A DNA stretch of 64,000 nt. Source: Oceanicaulis sp. Its GTDB lineage: Bacteria; Pseudomonadota; Alphaproteobacteria; Caulobacterales; Maricaulaceae. The position numbers and the translations under genes are program-made. The stretch spans positions 133,476 through 197,475 of the forward strand of contig JBNPED010000019.1 of the NCBI GenBank assembly GCA_051117435.1. The letters are read 5' to 3'. Below are positions 37,989 to 47,666 of this stretch, piece after piece; the first letter of the stretch is position 1; every line of letters begins with the position of its first letter. The notes below the pieces were generated by a model. The model saw only the letters and a list, made by a program, of their open reading frames with translations, made no database searches and was not told the DNA's origin.

Positions 37989-38798
37989 ATGAGCGCGCCG
38001 TTAAGTCAAACCGATCTCAAGGCGCTTGAGAGCCTGATCGACTGGTGGGACCAGGCGGGCGTTGAGACCCTGCCGGTTCCTGCAAGCGAGGTGCGCGCCG
38101 CGCGCCCCGCGCCGCAAAGCGCGCCGCAGGCCGAGCGTCCCCGCCCGGCGCCGCCGCGCGCCACGGCCGCCGCGGCGCGCGCCGCCGGCTATGGCGGCGC
38201 GCCGGAACAGAACGCGCGCGACCTCGCCGCCCGGTGCGCGACGCTGGACGATCTCAAAGCCGCGGTCGCGGCCTTCGACGGCTGTCCGCTGAAAGCCACC
38301 GCCACCCAGGCCGTGTTCGCGCGCGGGACCCCCGAAGCGAAGGTCATGGTGATCGGCGAGGCGCCGGGCCGTGAAGAGGACCGCGAAGGCCGGCCGTTCG
38401 TGGGCGTGGCCGGTCAGCTTCTCGACCGCATGCTCGCCGCCATCGGGCTTGATGAAAGCTCGGCCTACATCACCAATGTCGTGTTCTGGCGGCCTCCTGG
38501 GAACAGAAAGCCCACCGACGCCGAAATCGAATCCTGCCGCCCCTTCGCCGAGCGCCATATCGAGCTCGTAAGACCCGACCTCATCGTCCTCGCCGGCGGC
38601 ATCAGCGCCCAGACCCTGCTCAGACAGCGCGCCGGAGTCACCCAGCTGCGCGGGCGATGGTCGGATCTGAAGGTGGGCGATCTCACCGTCCCGGCGCTGC
38701 CGATCTTCCACCCGGCTTTTCTCCTGCGCCGCCCGCAGGAAAAGGCGAAGGCCTGGGCCGATCTGTTGAGCTTGAAGGCGCGGCTGGGCGGCGCCTGA
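37989..38798 (+). CDS. Uracil-DNA glycosylase family 4
   Basis: GEAPG.EED..G.PFVG.AG.LL, NR.P, HPAFLLR. Confidence 0.93.
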   Translation: MSAPLSQTDLKALESLIDWWDQAGVETLPVPASEVRAARPAPQSAPQAERPRPAPPRATAAAARAAGYGGAPEQNARDLAARCATLDDLKAAVAAFDGCPLKATATQAVFARGTPEAKVMVIGEAPGREEDREGRPFVGVAGQLLDRMLAAIGLDESSAYITNVVFWRPPGNRKPTDAEIESCRPFAERHIELVRPDLIVLAGGISAQTLLRQRAGVTQLRGRWSDLKVGDLTVPALPIFHPAFLLRRPQEKAKAWADLLSLKARLGGA

Positions 38799-38819
38799 CG
38801 CCTGGTCTGGCGGCGAACC

Positions 38820-41800
38820 CTAGCCCGCCTTGCCCTTCAAACTGGCGAGGCTGGCGCGCAGCACCGCGGGAGGCGCGGGTTTGGCCAGCAGGTCCAGGCC
38901 CGAGGCGGCCGCGTCCGCGCGCGCGTCCTCGCCGCGCTCGGCGGTGATCAGCAGGCCGGGCGGGCGCGCGTTCCAGTGCGCGCACAGGGCCTCATAGACC
39001 GCCGGGCCGGTGTCGGCGTCGGCCAGCCGGTAATCCACCAGCACGGCGTCGGGCGCGGTCCCGTTGAAGGCGCGCACCGCGCCGTCGCGGTCCCGGGCGC
39101 CGCGCGCGTCGCATCCCCAGCGCTGCAAAAGGGCCACCATGGCGTCCAACACCGGCGGTTCGTCGTCGAGGCACAGCACTTTCAGCCCTTCCAGCGAGGC
39201 GGCCGTCCGGCGGGCCGGGCGCGCCGCGCCGGGCTTCGCCTTGGCGCGCGGCAGGCGGACCTCGAAAACCGAGCCGGCGCCCACTTCGCTTCGCAGGATC
39301 AGCTTATGGCCCAGCGACTTGCAGATCCGGTCCACCACGGCCAGGCCGAGCCCGAGCCCGCGATCCTCGCTGGAGGCCATGGCGCCGCGTTCGAACTCCC
39401 GGAAGATCGCGGCGCGCCGCGCTTCCGGAACGCCGGGGCCGGTGTCGATCACCTGCAGGCGCACCTCCTTGCCCGAGCGGCGCGCGCCCACCAGAACCGT
39501 GCCGGACTGGGTGTAGCGCACGGCGTTGGAGATCAGGTTCTGCACCACGCTGGTCATCAGGCCGCGATCGGTGAAGACCGCGAGCCGGCAGGGCATCACT
39601 TTCAAAGTCAAACCCTTGGCCTTCGCCGCCGGCGTGAACTGGGCGGCGGTCTCCTCGATCAGCTCGCCCAGCGAGAACACGGTGGGGCGCGGCGTCACCC
39701 CGCCCGCATCCAGCCGGGAGATGTCCAGCAGCGCGCGCAACAGCTTGTCGGCGTGATCGATGGCCCGTTCGATGCGGCGCGCGGTGTCGCGCGGCCCGTC
39801 TTCCTCAAGCTCGGCTTCCAGCGCGCCGGCGAAGAGCCGCGCGGCGGACAGCGGCTGCAACAGGTCGTGGCTCGCGGCGGCGAGGAAGCGGGTTTTTGAT
39901 TGCGTGGCCGCTTCGGCGGCGGCGCGGGCCTGTTCGAGATCCTCGGCCAGCTGAAGCCGGGCTTCGCTTTCCGCCTTCAGCGCGGCGGTGCGCTCCTCCA
40001 CCCGTGTCTCCAGCGTTTCATAGGCCCGCTTCAGCCCGACTTCGGCCTCGCGCCGCGCGGTGTTGTCCTGATACACGCCGAAAAAGCCGACCACCTCGCC
40101 GTCTTCGATGCGCGGCTGATAGACCAGCTGCCAGGAGCGGCGCCGGCCGCCCGGCTGTTTGCGCGAGATGTCGAAAACCTGGCGCTCGCCGCTCAACGCC
40201 GCCTCCATATGGGGCCGGCGCAAGGCGTAATCGGCGGGGCTCATGAAGCTCGCCATGGGCTTGCCGATGGCGCTTTCATCAAGCCCGAAGAAATCGAGAT
40301 AGCCGCGATTGGCGAACCGCAGGCGGTAATCCCGGTCGGCGTAGGAGAGCAGGGCCGGAAGATTGTCGGTGTAGAACCGGATGGAGCGCTCGCTCTCCTC
40401 CAGCCGGTCATGGCTGGTGCGCAGCTTTTCCGCCGTTTCGTCGATGAGCGCCACGACTTCACCGGCGCTGACGCGCGATCCGCCGATCACCCGCGTCATC
40501 AGGATGCGCGCCGAGGCCGCGCCGACGGCTCGCGCGAGGCGCGCCTCGGCGAGGCCGGTGACGGCGCTGGTGGGCGAATCGCCGGCGCGCATCGGCCGGC
40601 CCACGGCGCGCGCGATCTCGTCCATGGCGCGGCGCGCCTCCTCCGCTCCCAGCACGCGGGCGAGCACGGTCTCCACGTCGGCGATGCGCGCGCCGGGCGC
40701 GGTCTGGCCCGCGGCTGACGCGCCGCCGGTGAAGGCGTCGGCCTGCAGCCGGTCGATGAGCCCGCCCTCGAAAAACGCCACCGCGACGATGAAGGCGAGC
40801 GCGTTCGCGCAGAGGCTGACCAGGGCGGCGAAGGCGAAGGGATCGACGCCCGCCGGCGCGGGCGGGCTGAGTCCGGCATAGCTCGGGATCAGGATCATCA
40901 GCAGCCACAGCGTAAAGCCGGTCGTCATTCCGGCGAGCGCGCCCGCCCGGTTCGCGCGCCGCCAGAACAGGCCGAACAGGAGCGCCGGGGCGAGCTGGGC
41001 GGCTCCGGCGAAGGCCACCAGGCCGATCCCGGCGAGCGCCATGGACCGGTCCATGCCCAGCTGAAACGCGAACGCGGCGCCCACCAGCACCACCACGGCG
41101 AGTCGGCGCCAGACGAGCAGGCTCGACGCAAAGCGCCGCGCCGCCGCGCCATGGGCGCGCAGAAGAAGCGGCGCGGCGATATCGTTGACCAGCATGGTCG
41201 ACATGGCGAGCGCGGCCACCGTCACCATGCCCGCCGCGGCCGAAAAGCCGCCGATGAAGGCGAGCAGGGCGAGCCCGTCCGCGCCCAGAGCCAGCGGCAG
41301 GGCGAGCACGTAGGCGTCCGGGTCCGCGCCGGTCAGCGCCGCGGCGCCGGCGAGCGCCACCGGCGGCGCCGTCACCGCCACCAGCGCCAGATAGGCCGGG
41401 AAAGCCCAGCGCGACAGGCGCGCGTCGTCAGGCCGGCGGGCCTCCACCACCATCATGTGAAACTGACGCGGCAGGGTGAGCGCGGCGAAACCGGCCAGCA
41501 GGGTGATCACCGCGAAGCGGAAATCGAATCCGGCCTCGAACAGCGGCGAGGCGGCGATCGCACCAGCGCGCGCCGCCTCCGGGGTCGCCACCCAGACCCG
41601 CCAGGCGAAGACGCCCACGGCGAGCATGGCGATGAGCTTGATTGCACTTTCCAGCGCCACGGCGAGCACCAGCCCGCGATTGCCCAACGCCGCGTCGGCC
41701 TTGCGCTGGCCGAACAGGATCGCGAACCCGGCGAAGGCCACGGCCACCGGCAACCCCCATTCCGCGCCGCCGGCCTCGCCGGTGGTGACGAGCGACAGCG

Positions 41801-42224
41801 AGCTCGCCGCGCTTTTCAGCTGCAGCGCGATATAGGGGATGACCGCCAGCAGAAGCCCGCCGGCCGCCAGCGCGCCCACGGCGGCGGACTTGCCGTAGCG
41901 GGCGGAGAGAAAATCCGCGATGGAGCCGGTGTCGTGCTCGCGGCCGAGGCGCACCAGACGGCGCACGATGAAGAAGCCGAAGACGAAGAGCAGCGCCGGG
42001 CCGAGATAGATCGGCAGATAATCCCAGCCGTCGCGCGCCGCCGCGCCCACCGCGCCGTAGAACGTCCAGCTGGTGCAGTAGACGCCCAGCCCCAGCGCAT
42101 AGAGCCAGGCGCGCCGGGCCGGGCTGGCGTCCATCGTCTTCGCGCGCGCATCACCGTAGAACGCCACGGCGAACAAGAGCGCCGTCCAGGCGCTCAGCAC
42201 GATGAGCGTCGCCGTCAGGCCCAA
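38820..42224 (-). CDS. Hybrid sensor kinase with SLC5 transporter-like domain (CrbS/MxtR/PrlS-type): SLC5-STAC-PAS-HisKA-HATPase-REC
   Basis: YCTSWTFYGAVG, LPRQFH, about 13 TM segments, PAS, ASHDLLQPL, GLGLGL, C-terminal receiver domain. Confidence 0.92.
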   Translation of the reverse strand: MGLTATLIVLSAWTALLFAVAFYGDARAKTMDASPARRAWLYALGLGVYCTSWTFYGAVGAAARDGWDYLPIYLGPALLFVFGFFIVRRLVRLGREHDTGSIADFLSARYGKSAAVGALAAGGLLLAVIPYIALQLKSAASSLSLVTTGEAGGAEWGLPVAVAFAGFAILFGQRKADAALGNRGLVLAVALESAIKLIAMLAVGVFAWRVWVATPEAARAGAIAASPLFEAGFDFRFAVITLLAGFAALTLPRQFHMMVVEARRPDDARLSRWAFPAYLALVAVTAPPVALAGAAALTGADPDAYVLALPLALGADGLALLAFIGGFSAAAGMVTVAALAMSTMLVNDIAAPLLLRAHGAAARRFASSLLVWRRLAVVVLVGAAFAFQLGMDRSMALAGIGLVAFAGAAQLAPALLFGLFWRRANRAGALAGMTTGFTLWLLMILIPSYAGLSPPAPAGVDPFAFAALVSLCANALAFIVAVAFFEGGLIDRLQADAFTGGASAAGQTAPGARIADVETVLARVLGAEEARRAMDEIARAVGRPMRAGDSPTSAVTGLAEARLARAVGAASARILMTRVIGGSRVSAGEVVALIDETAEKLRTSHDRLEESERSIRFYTDNLPALLSYADRDYRLRFANRGYLDFFGLDESAIGKPMASFMSPADYALRRPHMEAALSGERQVFDISRKQPGGRRRSWQLVYQPRIEDGEVVGFFGVYQDNTARREAEVGLKRAYETLETRVEERTAALKAESEARLQLAEDLEQARAAAEAATQSKTRFLAAASHDLLQPLSAARLFAGALEAELEEDGPRDTARRIERAIDHADKLLRALLDISRLDAGGVTPRPTVFSLGELIEETAAQFTPAAKAKGLTLKVMPCRLAVFTDRGLMTSVVQNLISNAVRYTQSGTVLVGARRSGKEVRLQVIDTGPGVPEARRAAIFREFERGAMASSEDRGLGLGLAVVDRICKSLGHKLILRSEVGAGSVFEVRLPRAKAKPGAARPARRTAASLEGLKVLCLDDEPPVLDAMVALLQRWGCDARGARDRDGAVRAFNGTAPDAVLVDYRLADADTGPAVYEALCAHWNARPPGLLITAERGEDARADAAASGLDLLAKPAPPAVLRASLASLKGKAG

Positions 42225-42321
42225 GGGCCGCCTCCCCGAAGTCGCGCATCTGCTGGCGCGTTCAGGGGACGGAGCTTAGCATGCAAGAGGGTCCGAGCGC
42301 TGCGCCAATGCGCCGCGCGGG

Positions 42322-42756
42322 TCAGGCGCGGAGCTTCAGCGCCTCCAGCGCCTTGCGTCCGTCTTCCGGTATGGCGGCGGGGGTGTGGCCGTCCGTATTG
42401 ACGAGCACCGTTTCGCACACGCCCACGCACGCGCCGTTCTGAAACAGGCCGAGCGCGATCGTGTAGCTGGTGCGGCCGATTTTCAGGACGCCGGCGCGCA
42501 CCTCCAGATCGCCCGGGTAATGGGCTTCCGCCAGATAGGCGATGTGCACGTCCACGATCAGCATGCGCATGGAGTGCGCACGGCGGTAGTCCGGCGGAAA
42601 GGCCGTGCGGTTCAACTCCGCGCGCCCCTCCTCGTAGAAGGAGCCGATGGCGACATTGTTGATATGGCCGAGCGTGTCGAGATCGCGAAAACGCGACGGC
42701 ACGACGACCCCGAGCGGGTAGGCGGCCGGGTCGAGACGGGCGGGATCGGGTTTCAT
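42322..42756 (-). CDS. Acyl-CoA thioesterase (hotdog, 4HBT-like)
   Basis: RFRDLDTLGHINN, IGRTS. Confidence 0.9.
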   Translation of the reverse strand: MKPDPARLDPAAYPLGVVVPSRFRDLDTLGHINNVAIGSFYEEGRAELNRTAFPPDYRRAHSMRMLIVDVHIAYLAEAHYPGDLEVRAGVLKIGRTSYTIALGLFQNGACVGVCETVLVNTDGHTPAAIPEDGRKALEALKLRA

Positions 42757-42859
42757 CGGCGAGGTCCGGATTTGAGACGCGGGGCTTTATGGCGCGGGCC
42801 GCCGGGCGTGTCACGGTGCGGTGATGGCGCTCGGGTTCGCAGAACGCAGACTCTCTCTT

Positions 42860-43011
42860 TCTCCCCCCGCCTCCGGGGGGAGTGGGCCGGAGCGAAGCTC
42901 CGGGTCGAGGGGGGCGAGCCGCAGTCCGCAAGGTCTCATTGTAGGGTTTGGTGGCCGCCGCTTCCCCCCTCCGTCCGCTTCGCGGACACCTCCCCCGCAA
43001 GCAGGGGAGGA
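42860..43011. repeat. Bipartite REP-like palindromic element (copy B)
   Basis: Arm 42860-42914 TCTCCCCCCGcctcCGGGGGGAGTG...GAGGGGGG; arm 42964-43011 CCCCCTCCGTCCGC...GGACACCTCCCC...GGGGAGGA. Confidence 0.85.
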
Positions 43012-43039
43012 AAACGCTTCTGGCTGGACCGCGCGGCGC

Positions 43040-44047
43040 CTACCGCTCCAGCGCCTCCACCAGAAACGGCAGGCTCACATCCATGCGGTAATCGATGCCG
43101 GAGTGATCGTCGGGGAATTCCTCATAGCGATGGGTCACGCCCATCTCCTGCAGGCGCCGGTGCAGGCGGCGCGCGCCATAGACAAGGTCGTACTGGTCCA
43201 CATCGCCGCAATCGATGAACAGGCCTTTGAGTGCTTTGAGGTTTTCGCCCTTCTCCTCGACCATCACCAGCGGGTCGAAGGCGAGCCAGTTCGCCCAGCG
43301 CTGGTCGTCGCGCTCGCATGTGTGAAGGTCCACCGGCAGACGCACGCCGAACCGGTTCTCCGGGCAGGGGTCGTAGCTCGCCGCCATGGCGAGCGTCATC
43401 AGGACGTGGATGTCGCCGCCGGCAGGTTTGGGCGAGGCCTCCAGCTTTTCGATGAAGGCGTCGATGGAGCCGGCCTTGGCGATCGCGCGCAGCGCCGCCG
43501 GGAAGTCCCGCGCATAGCAGAGCTCGAACGCCATGTCGCCGGAATGGCAGGCGGCCGCCGCCCAGAAATCGGAATGGCGCAGGGCGTGGACCAGAGCGCC
43601 GTAGCCGCCCGAGCTCTTGCCGAACACCGCACGCCGGCCCGCGCCGCCGCAGGCGAAACGGTCCTCCACCGCCGGCACGAATTCTTGAAGGATCACATCC
43701 TCCCACGGCCCCATGGCGGCGGAGTTCACATACTGATTGCCGCCCAGCCGCGTGAAGCAGTCGGGGAAGGCGACGACCGCCGGACTCATGTCGCCTGACC
43801 CGATCAGCCGGTCGAGGCGCTCGGGAACGTTCTCGCCGAAATTCTTCCAGTTGGTGTGCGACAGCCCGCTTCCCGTGTAGCCGGCGAGATCCACCAGAAG
43901 CGGCAGATCCGCGCCGTCATGGCCGTGGGGAACATAAACATCGACCGTGCGCACATGGGGGTCGCCGAGCTGATTGTCCTTCAACAGGTCGGAGTCGACC
44001 GACAGCTTGTAGAGCGTGCCGGCGGGATGGCTGTGGCGGGCGGTCAT
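43040..44047 (-). CDS. Putative esterase (alpha/beta hydrolase, enterochelin esterase-like)
   Basis: Nucleophile motif GKSSGGYG, DCG..D, C-terminal DDHS. Confidence 0.85.
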   Translation of the reverse strand: MTARHSHPAGTLYKLSVDSDLLKDNQLGDPHVRTVDVYVPHGHDGADLPLLVDLAGYTGSGLSHTNWKNFGENVPERLDRLIGSGDMSPAVVAFPDCFTRLGGNQYVNSAAMGPWEDVILQEFVPAVEDRFACGGAGRRAVFGKSSGGYGALVHALRHSDFWAAAACHSGDMAFELCYARDFPAALRAIAKAGSIDAFIEKLEASPKPAGGDIHVLMTLAMAASYDPCPENRFGVRLPVDLHTCERDDQRWANWLAFDPLVMVEEKGENLKALKGLFIDCGDVDQYDLVYGARRLHRRLQEMGVTHRYEEFPDDHSGIDYRMDVSLPFLVEALER

Positions 44048-44099
44048 GGCGGCTCCTGGCGCGGCGCAACGCGGGTGCGGACGGGAGGGGAGGGGACGT

Positions 44100-44441
44100 T
44101 TAAAACGGCCCCTTCATCCCGAAGGGCGGGTTGAAGCCCGGCGGCAGGCCCATGCCCTTGGTGGCCTCGCCGATCACTTGCTGCTGGGCTTCGTCGGCCT
44201 TGCGCTTGGCGTCGGCGTGGGCGGCCTTGATCAGGTCTTCGAGCACCTCGGCCTCGTCCTTGTCGATGACGGACGGGTCGAGGGACAGGCCGCGCATCTC
44301 GCCCTTGGCGGTGAGCGTGACGCGCACCATCCCGGCGCCGGATTCGCCCACCACCTCCAGATCCTCAAGCTTCGACTGGGCTTCGGTCATACGCTTCTGC
44401 ATTTCCTGGGCCTGTTTCATCAGGCCGGCGAGGTCCTTCAT
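44100..44441 (-). CDS. YbaB/EbfC nucleoid-associated protein
   Basis: MKQAQEMQ, GESGAGMV, EDLIKAA; follows dnaX. Confidence 0.95.
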   Translation of the reverse strand: MKDLAGLMKQAQEMQKRMTEAQSKLEDLEVVGESGAGMVRVTLTAKGEMRGLSLDPSVIDKDEAEVLEDLIKAAHADAKRKADEAQQQVIGEATKGMGLPPGFNPPFGMKGPF

Positions 44442-46291
44442 CGCGAGGTCTCCTGGCGTTGCGCGCCGGGTTCGCCGGCGTCTTCGGTGTCGAATTTCGG
44501 CGCGTCGTCCACGCTGACGAGTTCCGCGCCGGGAAACAGGGTGAGGGCCTTGATCATCACCGGGTCGCGCAGGATCGCCGCCTGGCGTTCCTCGCGTTCG
44601 CGGATGCGTCGTTCGGCGACGGTCTCGCCGCCGCCCCTGGCCGTGGCGTCCACCAGCCAGCGCTGACCGGTCTGTTCGGTGAGGAAGCTGGCGATGCGTC
44701 CGCCCAGCGAGACCGGCGGCTGCCCGGCGGGCTCGAAGGAGAACCGGCCCGGCCGGATCGAGACGGGACGCACATGGCGTTCGATGTCGAGCTTCAGATT
44801 GATGTCGCGGCTGTTCTCCACCAGAGCGAGGAAGGCTTCGATGGCGCCCGGTCCGTCGCCAAGCCCATGCGCCGGCTCGGCGGAGGGCTCGCCAGAGGGC
44901 TCGGCGGGCGGCTCGCTCGCCGCCTGGCGCGCGACGGCGGGCGCGGGCGAGTGGTCGCCGGGCGCGGCGTGGGCGGCGGGGCCTTGCGGCGGCGCGGACG
45001 GCGCGGCTTGCCCGGCGCCGGAAGCCTTCGCGGCGGCCAGGAGGCGCGCGGCGTCCTCCGGACTCGGCAGGCTCGCCGCGGCCATCAGCCGGATCACCGC
45101 CATCTCCGCGGCGCTCACCGGATCAGGTGCGGAGCGCACGTCGTCGAGCCCGCTGAGCGCGGTCTTCCACAAACGCCCCAGACCGGCCAGCGACTGGGCT
45201 TCGGACAGCCGGGTCAGGCGCTCGATCGTCTCCTTGGCTTCCGCAAGATCGGCGTCGGCGCCGGCGGCCTTGATCCGGCTCATGGCGTGGAGGTGATCGA
45301 GCAGATCGCGCATCAGCACCTGCGGATCGGCGCCGGAATCATACTGGTGGCGCAGCTCGTCCAGCGCGTCCTTCGCCCGGTTCTCCAGCGCCGCCTCAAG
45401 AAGGTCCAGCACGCGCGAGCGGTCCGCGAGGCCCAGCATGTCTCGCACCATGGCGGCGGTGACGGGCCCGTCCTCGCCCTCGCCCTCGCCCTGGACGATG
45501 GCCTGATCGAGCAAAGAGAGCGCGTCGCGCACCGAGCCTTCCGCGGCGCGCGCGATCGCGGCGAGGCCGTCGCGCTCCACTTTCGCGTTCTCCTTGGCGC
45601 AGATGCGATCGAGATGGTCGGTCAGCACGTCGCGGTCCACGCGCTTCAGATCGAAGCGCTGGCAGCGGCTGAGCACGGTGACCGGCACCTTGCGGATCTC
45701 GGTGGTGGCGAAGATGAATTTCACATGGGGCGGCGGCTCCTCGAGCGTCTTGAGGAGCGCGTTGAACGCCGAGGTCGACAGCATGTGGACCTCGTCGATG
45801 ATGTAGACCTTGTAGCGCGCGCTCACCGGGGCGTAGCGCACGCCCTCCAGGATTTCGCGGATGTCGCCGACGCCGGTGCGGCTGGCGGCGTCCATCTCCA
45901 TCACGTCCACATGGGCCGATTTCGCGATGGCGGCGCAGTGCCGGCCGGGCGGGTCGAGGACGATGGAGGGCGCGTCCTGGCTGTCGGTCTCGTAATTGAG
46001 CGCGCGCGCAATGAGGCGGGCGGTGGTGGTCTTGCCGATCCCGCGAACGCCGGTGAGCATGTAGGCGTGGGCGATGCGGCCCGCGGCGAACGCGTTCTTC
46101 AGCGTGCGCACCATGGGTCCCTGGCCGATCAGATCCTCGAAGGTCTGCGGCCGGTACTTGCGGGCGAGCACCTGATAGCCGGGATCGGGCGCGGCGGGCG
46201 CCTCCATGCCGGGAAGCGCGGGGCCGGGGTCTTCAGCCGCAGCGAGGCCCTCATCGGGCATGTCCGTATCGCCGCGGCCGTCGTCCATCAT
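44438..46291 (-). CDS. dnaX: DNA polymerase III subunit gamma/tau
   Basis: YQVLARKYRP, G.RGIGKTT, IIDEVHML, NALLKTLEEPP, SRCQRF. Confidence 0.97.
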   Translation of the reverse strand: MMDDGRGDTDMPDEGLAAAEDPGPALPGMEAPAAPDPGYQVLARKYRPQTFEDLIGQGPMVRTLKNAFAAGRIAHAYMLTGVRGIGKTTTARLIARALNYETDSQDAPSIVLDPPGRHCAAIAKSAHVDVMEMDAASRTGVGDIREILEGVRYAPVSARYKVYIIDEVHMLSTSAFNALLKTLEEPPPHVKFIFATTEIRKVPVTVLSRCQRFDLKRVDRDVLTDHLDRICAKENAKVERDGLAAIARAAEGSVRDALSLLDQAIVQGEGEGEDGPVTAAMVRDMLGLADRSRVLDLLEAALENRAKDALDELRHQYDSGADPQVLMRDLLDHLHAMSRIKAAGADADLAEAKETIERLTRLSEAQSLAGLGRLWKTALSGLDDVRSAPDPVSAAEMAVIRLMAAASLPSPEDAARLLAAAKASGAGQAAPSAPPQGPAAHAAPGDHSPAPAVARQAASEPPAEPSGEPSAEPAHGLGDGPGAIEAFLALVENSRDINLKLDIERHVRPVSIRPGRFSFEPAGQPPVSLGGRIASFLTEQTGQRWLVDATARGGGETVAERRIREREERQAAILRDPVMIKALTLFPGAELVSVDDAPKFDTEDAGEPGAQRQETSR

Positions 46292-46362
46292 CGCAAATGA
46301 TCCTCTACGCGCCGCGCCGCCCGGCGCGCCGACTCTTCATACCCTGAAGGGTAAAGGCTGGA

Positions 46363-46468
46363 GGAAGGCGGCGGAAGACCGAACGGCGACCCGAAGCGAA
46401 ACTCGTTACGGCTGCTTCCTTCCGGACCTGACCGGGTTGGCGAGAGCTCCGTCCGCCGCCGGCCTTCC
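46363..46468 (-). ncRNA. ffs: Small SRP RNA (4.5S)
   Basis: Minus strand carries the conserved core CCGGTCAGGTCCGGAAGGAAGCAGCCG, closed by a long terminal stem; lies upstream of dnaX. Confidence 0.96.
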
Positions 46469-46548
46469 TGACGGAGAATATCAAGCTTCGCCGCGATCGA
46501 ATCAAGGCGGGCGCTCAGCCCGGACGGTCGGCGCGCCTGCGGGCGCGC

Positions 46549-46755
46549 TCACAGAGCGTCGCGCGCTTCGGCCAGAAAGGCGGCGTGCTGGTCGAGCAGG
46601 GCGATCAGCCGCACGTCGCCGCTTTCGGCCACGAGCCGCTCGCGCCAGGCGCAGACCAGCCGGGCCTGGGCCTCCACCCAGTCGGCGAACGGCGCGCCGG
46701 GCGTTCGCGCGGCGGCGGCGCGGGAGGCGGGAAGGGCGTAGAGGGCGGCGGACAT
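46549..46755 (-). CDS. Small hypothetical protein (68 aa)
   Basis: ATG 46755 with GGAG upstream; plausible helical protein; candidate promoter and Fur box upstream. Confidence 0.6.
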   Translation of the reverse strand: MSAALYALPASRAAAARTPGAPFADWVEAQARLVCAWRERLVAESGDVRLIALLDQHAAFLAEARDAL

Positions 46756-46777
46756 GATTCCGCTCCGGATCAGTTGA

Positions 46778-46796
46778 AATTGCGAAGCATTCTCAT
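46778..46796. promoter_or_regulatory. Candidate alphaproteobacterial Fur box
   Basis: AATTGCGAAGCATTCTCAT = TGCGA-N5-TCTCA dyad, overlapping a -10-like GCTATGAG on the minus strand. Confidence 0.6.
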
Positions 46797-46869
46797 AGCA
46801 ATTCCGGAGGGCGCGCAAGGCTTTTTGCTGCGGCGATGCGGCGCAGACGCGCCGGCGGGAGGGTTTGCA

Positions 46870-46898
46870 AAGAAAACCCCGCGCCGTGCGGCGCGGGG
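46870..46898 (-). terminator. Terminator after OMP copy 1
   Basis: CCCCGCGCC-gtgc-GGCGCGGGG with an A run on the plus strand (U tail on the minus strand). Confidence 0.7.
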
Positions 46899-46925
46899 CT
46901 CTCCTTCAAGAATGCAGACGCGATC

Positions 46926-47477
46926 CTAGAAGCGGCGGATATAGGAGATCGAGAGCATGGATGGGGTGTCGAGACCCGCGTCGTCAATTTCTTCGACTTC
47001 GTAGCGCGTGTAATCGATGCGCACCGCATTCGGACCGGCGAAAGCAACCTCGCCGCCGATGCCATAGGCCAGCCCGTCGAACGTGTCCGAGTCGCCTCCA
47101 GAGAACAGTCCCGGAAGATTCGCCTCGGCTTCGAGTTCGAAGGTCGAATACCCGACGCGGCCGAAGACGGAGACCTGCTCGCCAAGAGGATACTGGGCGC
47201 GGAGGAAGGCGCTGAGCCCGTAATTCGTTTTTACCGAAGCCGAGATCGTGCCGTCGTCGAATTCTTCTTCCGAGATGCCGATATAGGCTTCAGCTTCAGC
47301 CGCGAAGTATGGATTGAAGGTGTAGCCGCCGATAAGATTCAGGCCGTCAAAGTCGAGCAAATCCACATCGAGCTTCGAGTAGCCGACGCCAATATAGGCC
47401 GAGCCGTCAGCCGTTTGGGCCGAAGCCGCGGACGTCACGGCCACGGCCGCGATGGAGGCAAGAAGAATGATGCGCAT
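46926..47477 (-). CDS. Small outer-membrane beta-barrel protein (OmpA-like transmembrane/porin family), copy 1
   Basis: Signal peptide, alternating beta strands, GY.F..YFAAE.E, C-terminal YIRRF. Confidence 0.9.
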   Translation of the reverse strand: MRIILLASIAAVAVTSAASAQTADGSAYIGVGYSKLDVDLLDFDGLNLIGGYTFNPYFAAEAEAYIGISEEEFDDGTISASVKTNYGLSAFLRAQYPLGEQVSVFGRVGYSTFELEAEANLPGLFSGGDSDTFDGLAYGIGGEVAFAGPNAVRIDYTRYEVEEIDDAGLDTPSMLSISYIRRF

Positions 47478-47576
47478 GGGAACTCCCCCTTTAATTGAAC
47501 CAAATTTCCAATACGTGTGCATCTCTCAAATTGTAAGAATATTGTTATGCTCACATTGCGCTTAAATGACGCAACG

Positions 47577-47604
47577 AAAACCCCCGCGCTTGTGGCGCGG
47601 GGGT
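47577..47604 (-). terminator. Terminator after OMP copy 2
   Basis: AAAA-CCCCCGCGC-ttgtg-GCGCGGGG, same stem as 46877-46898. Confidence 0.65.
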
Positions 47605-47666
47605 TCGCGTCTCCAACCGGGCCCGCAGAGGGGAGGAGCGGGGCCCGGTCGGCGATGGCGTACGGC

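Noticed and set aside
44438-46291. Programmed -1 frameshift in dnaX
   Set aside because: No AAAAAAG-type slippery site was seen.
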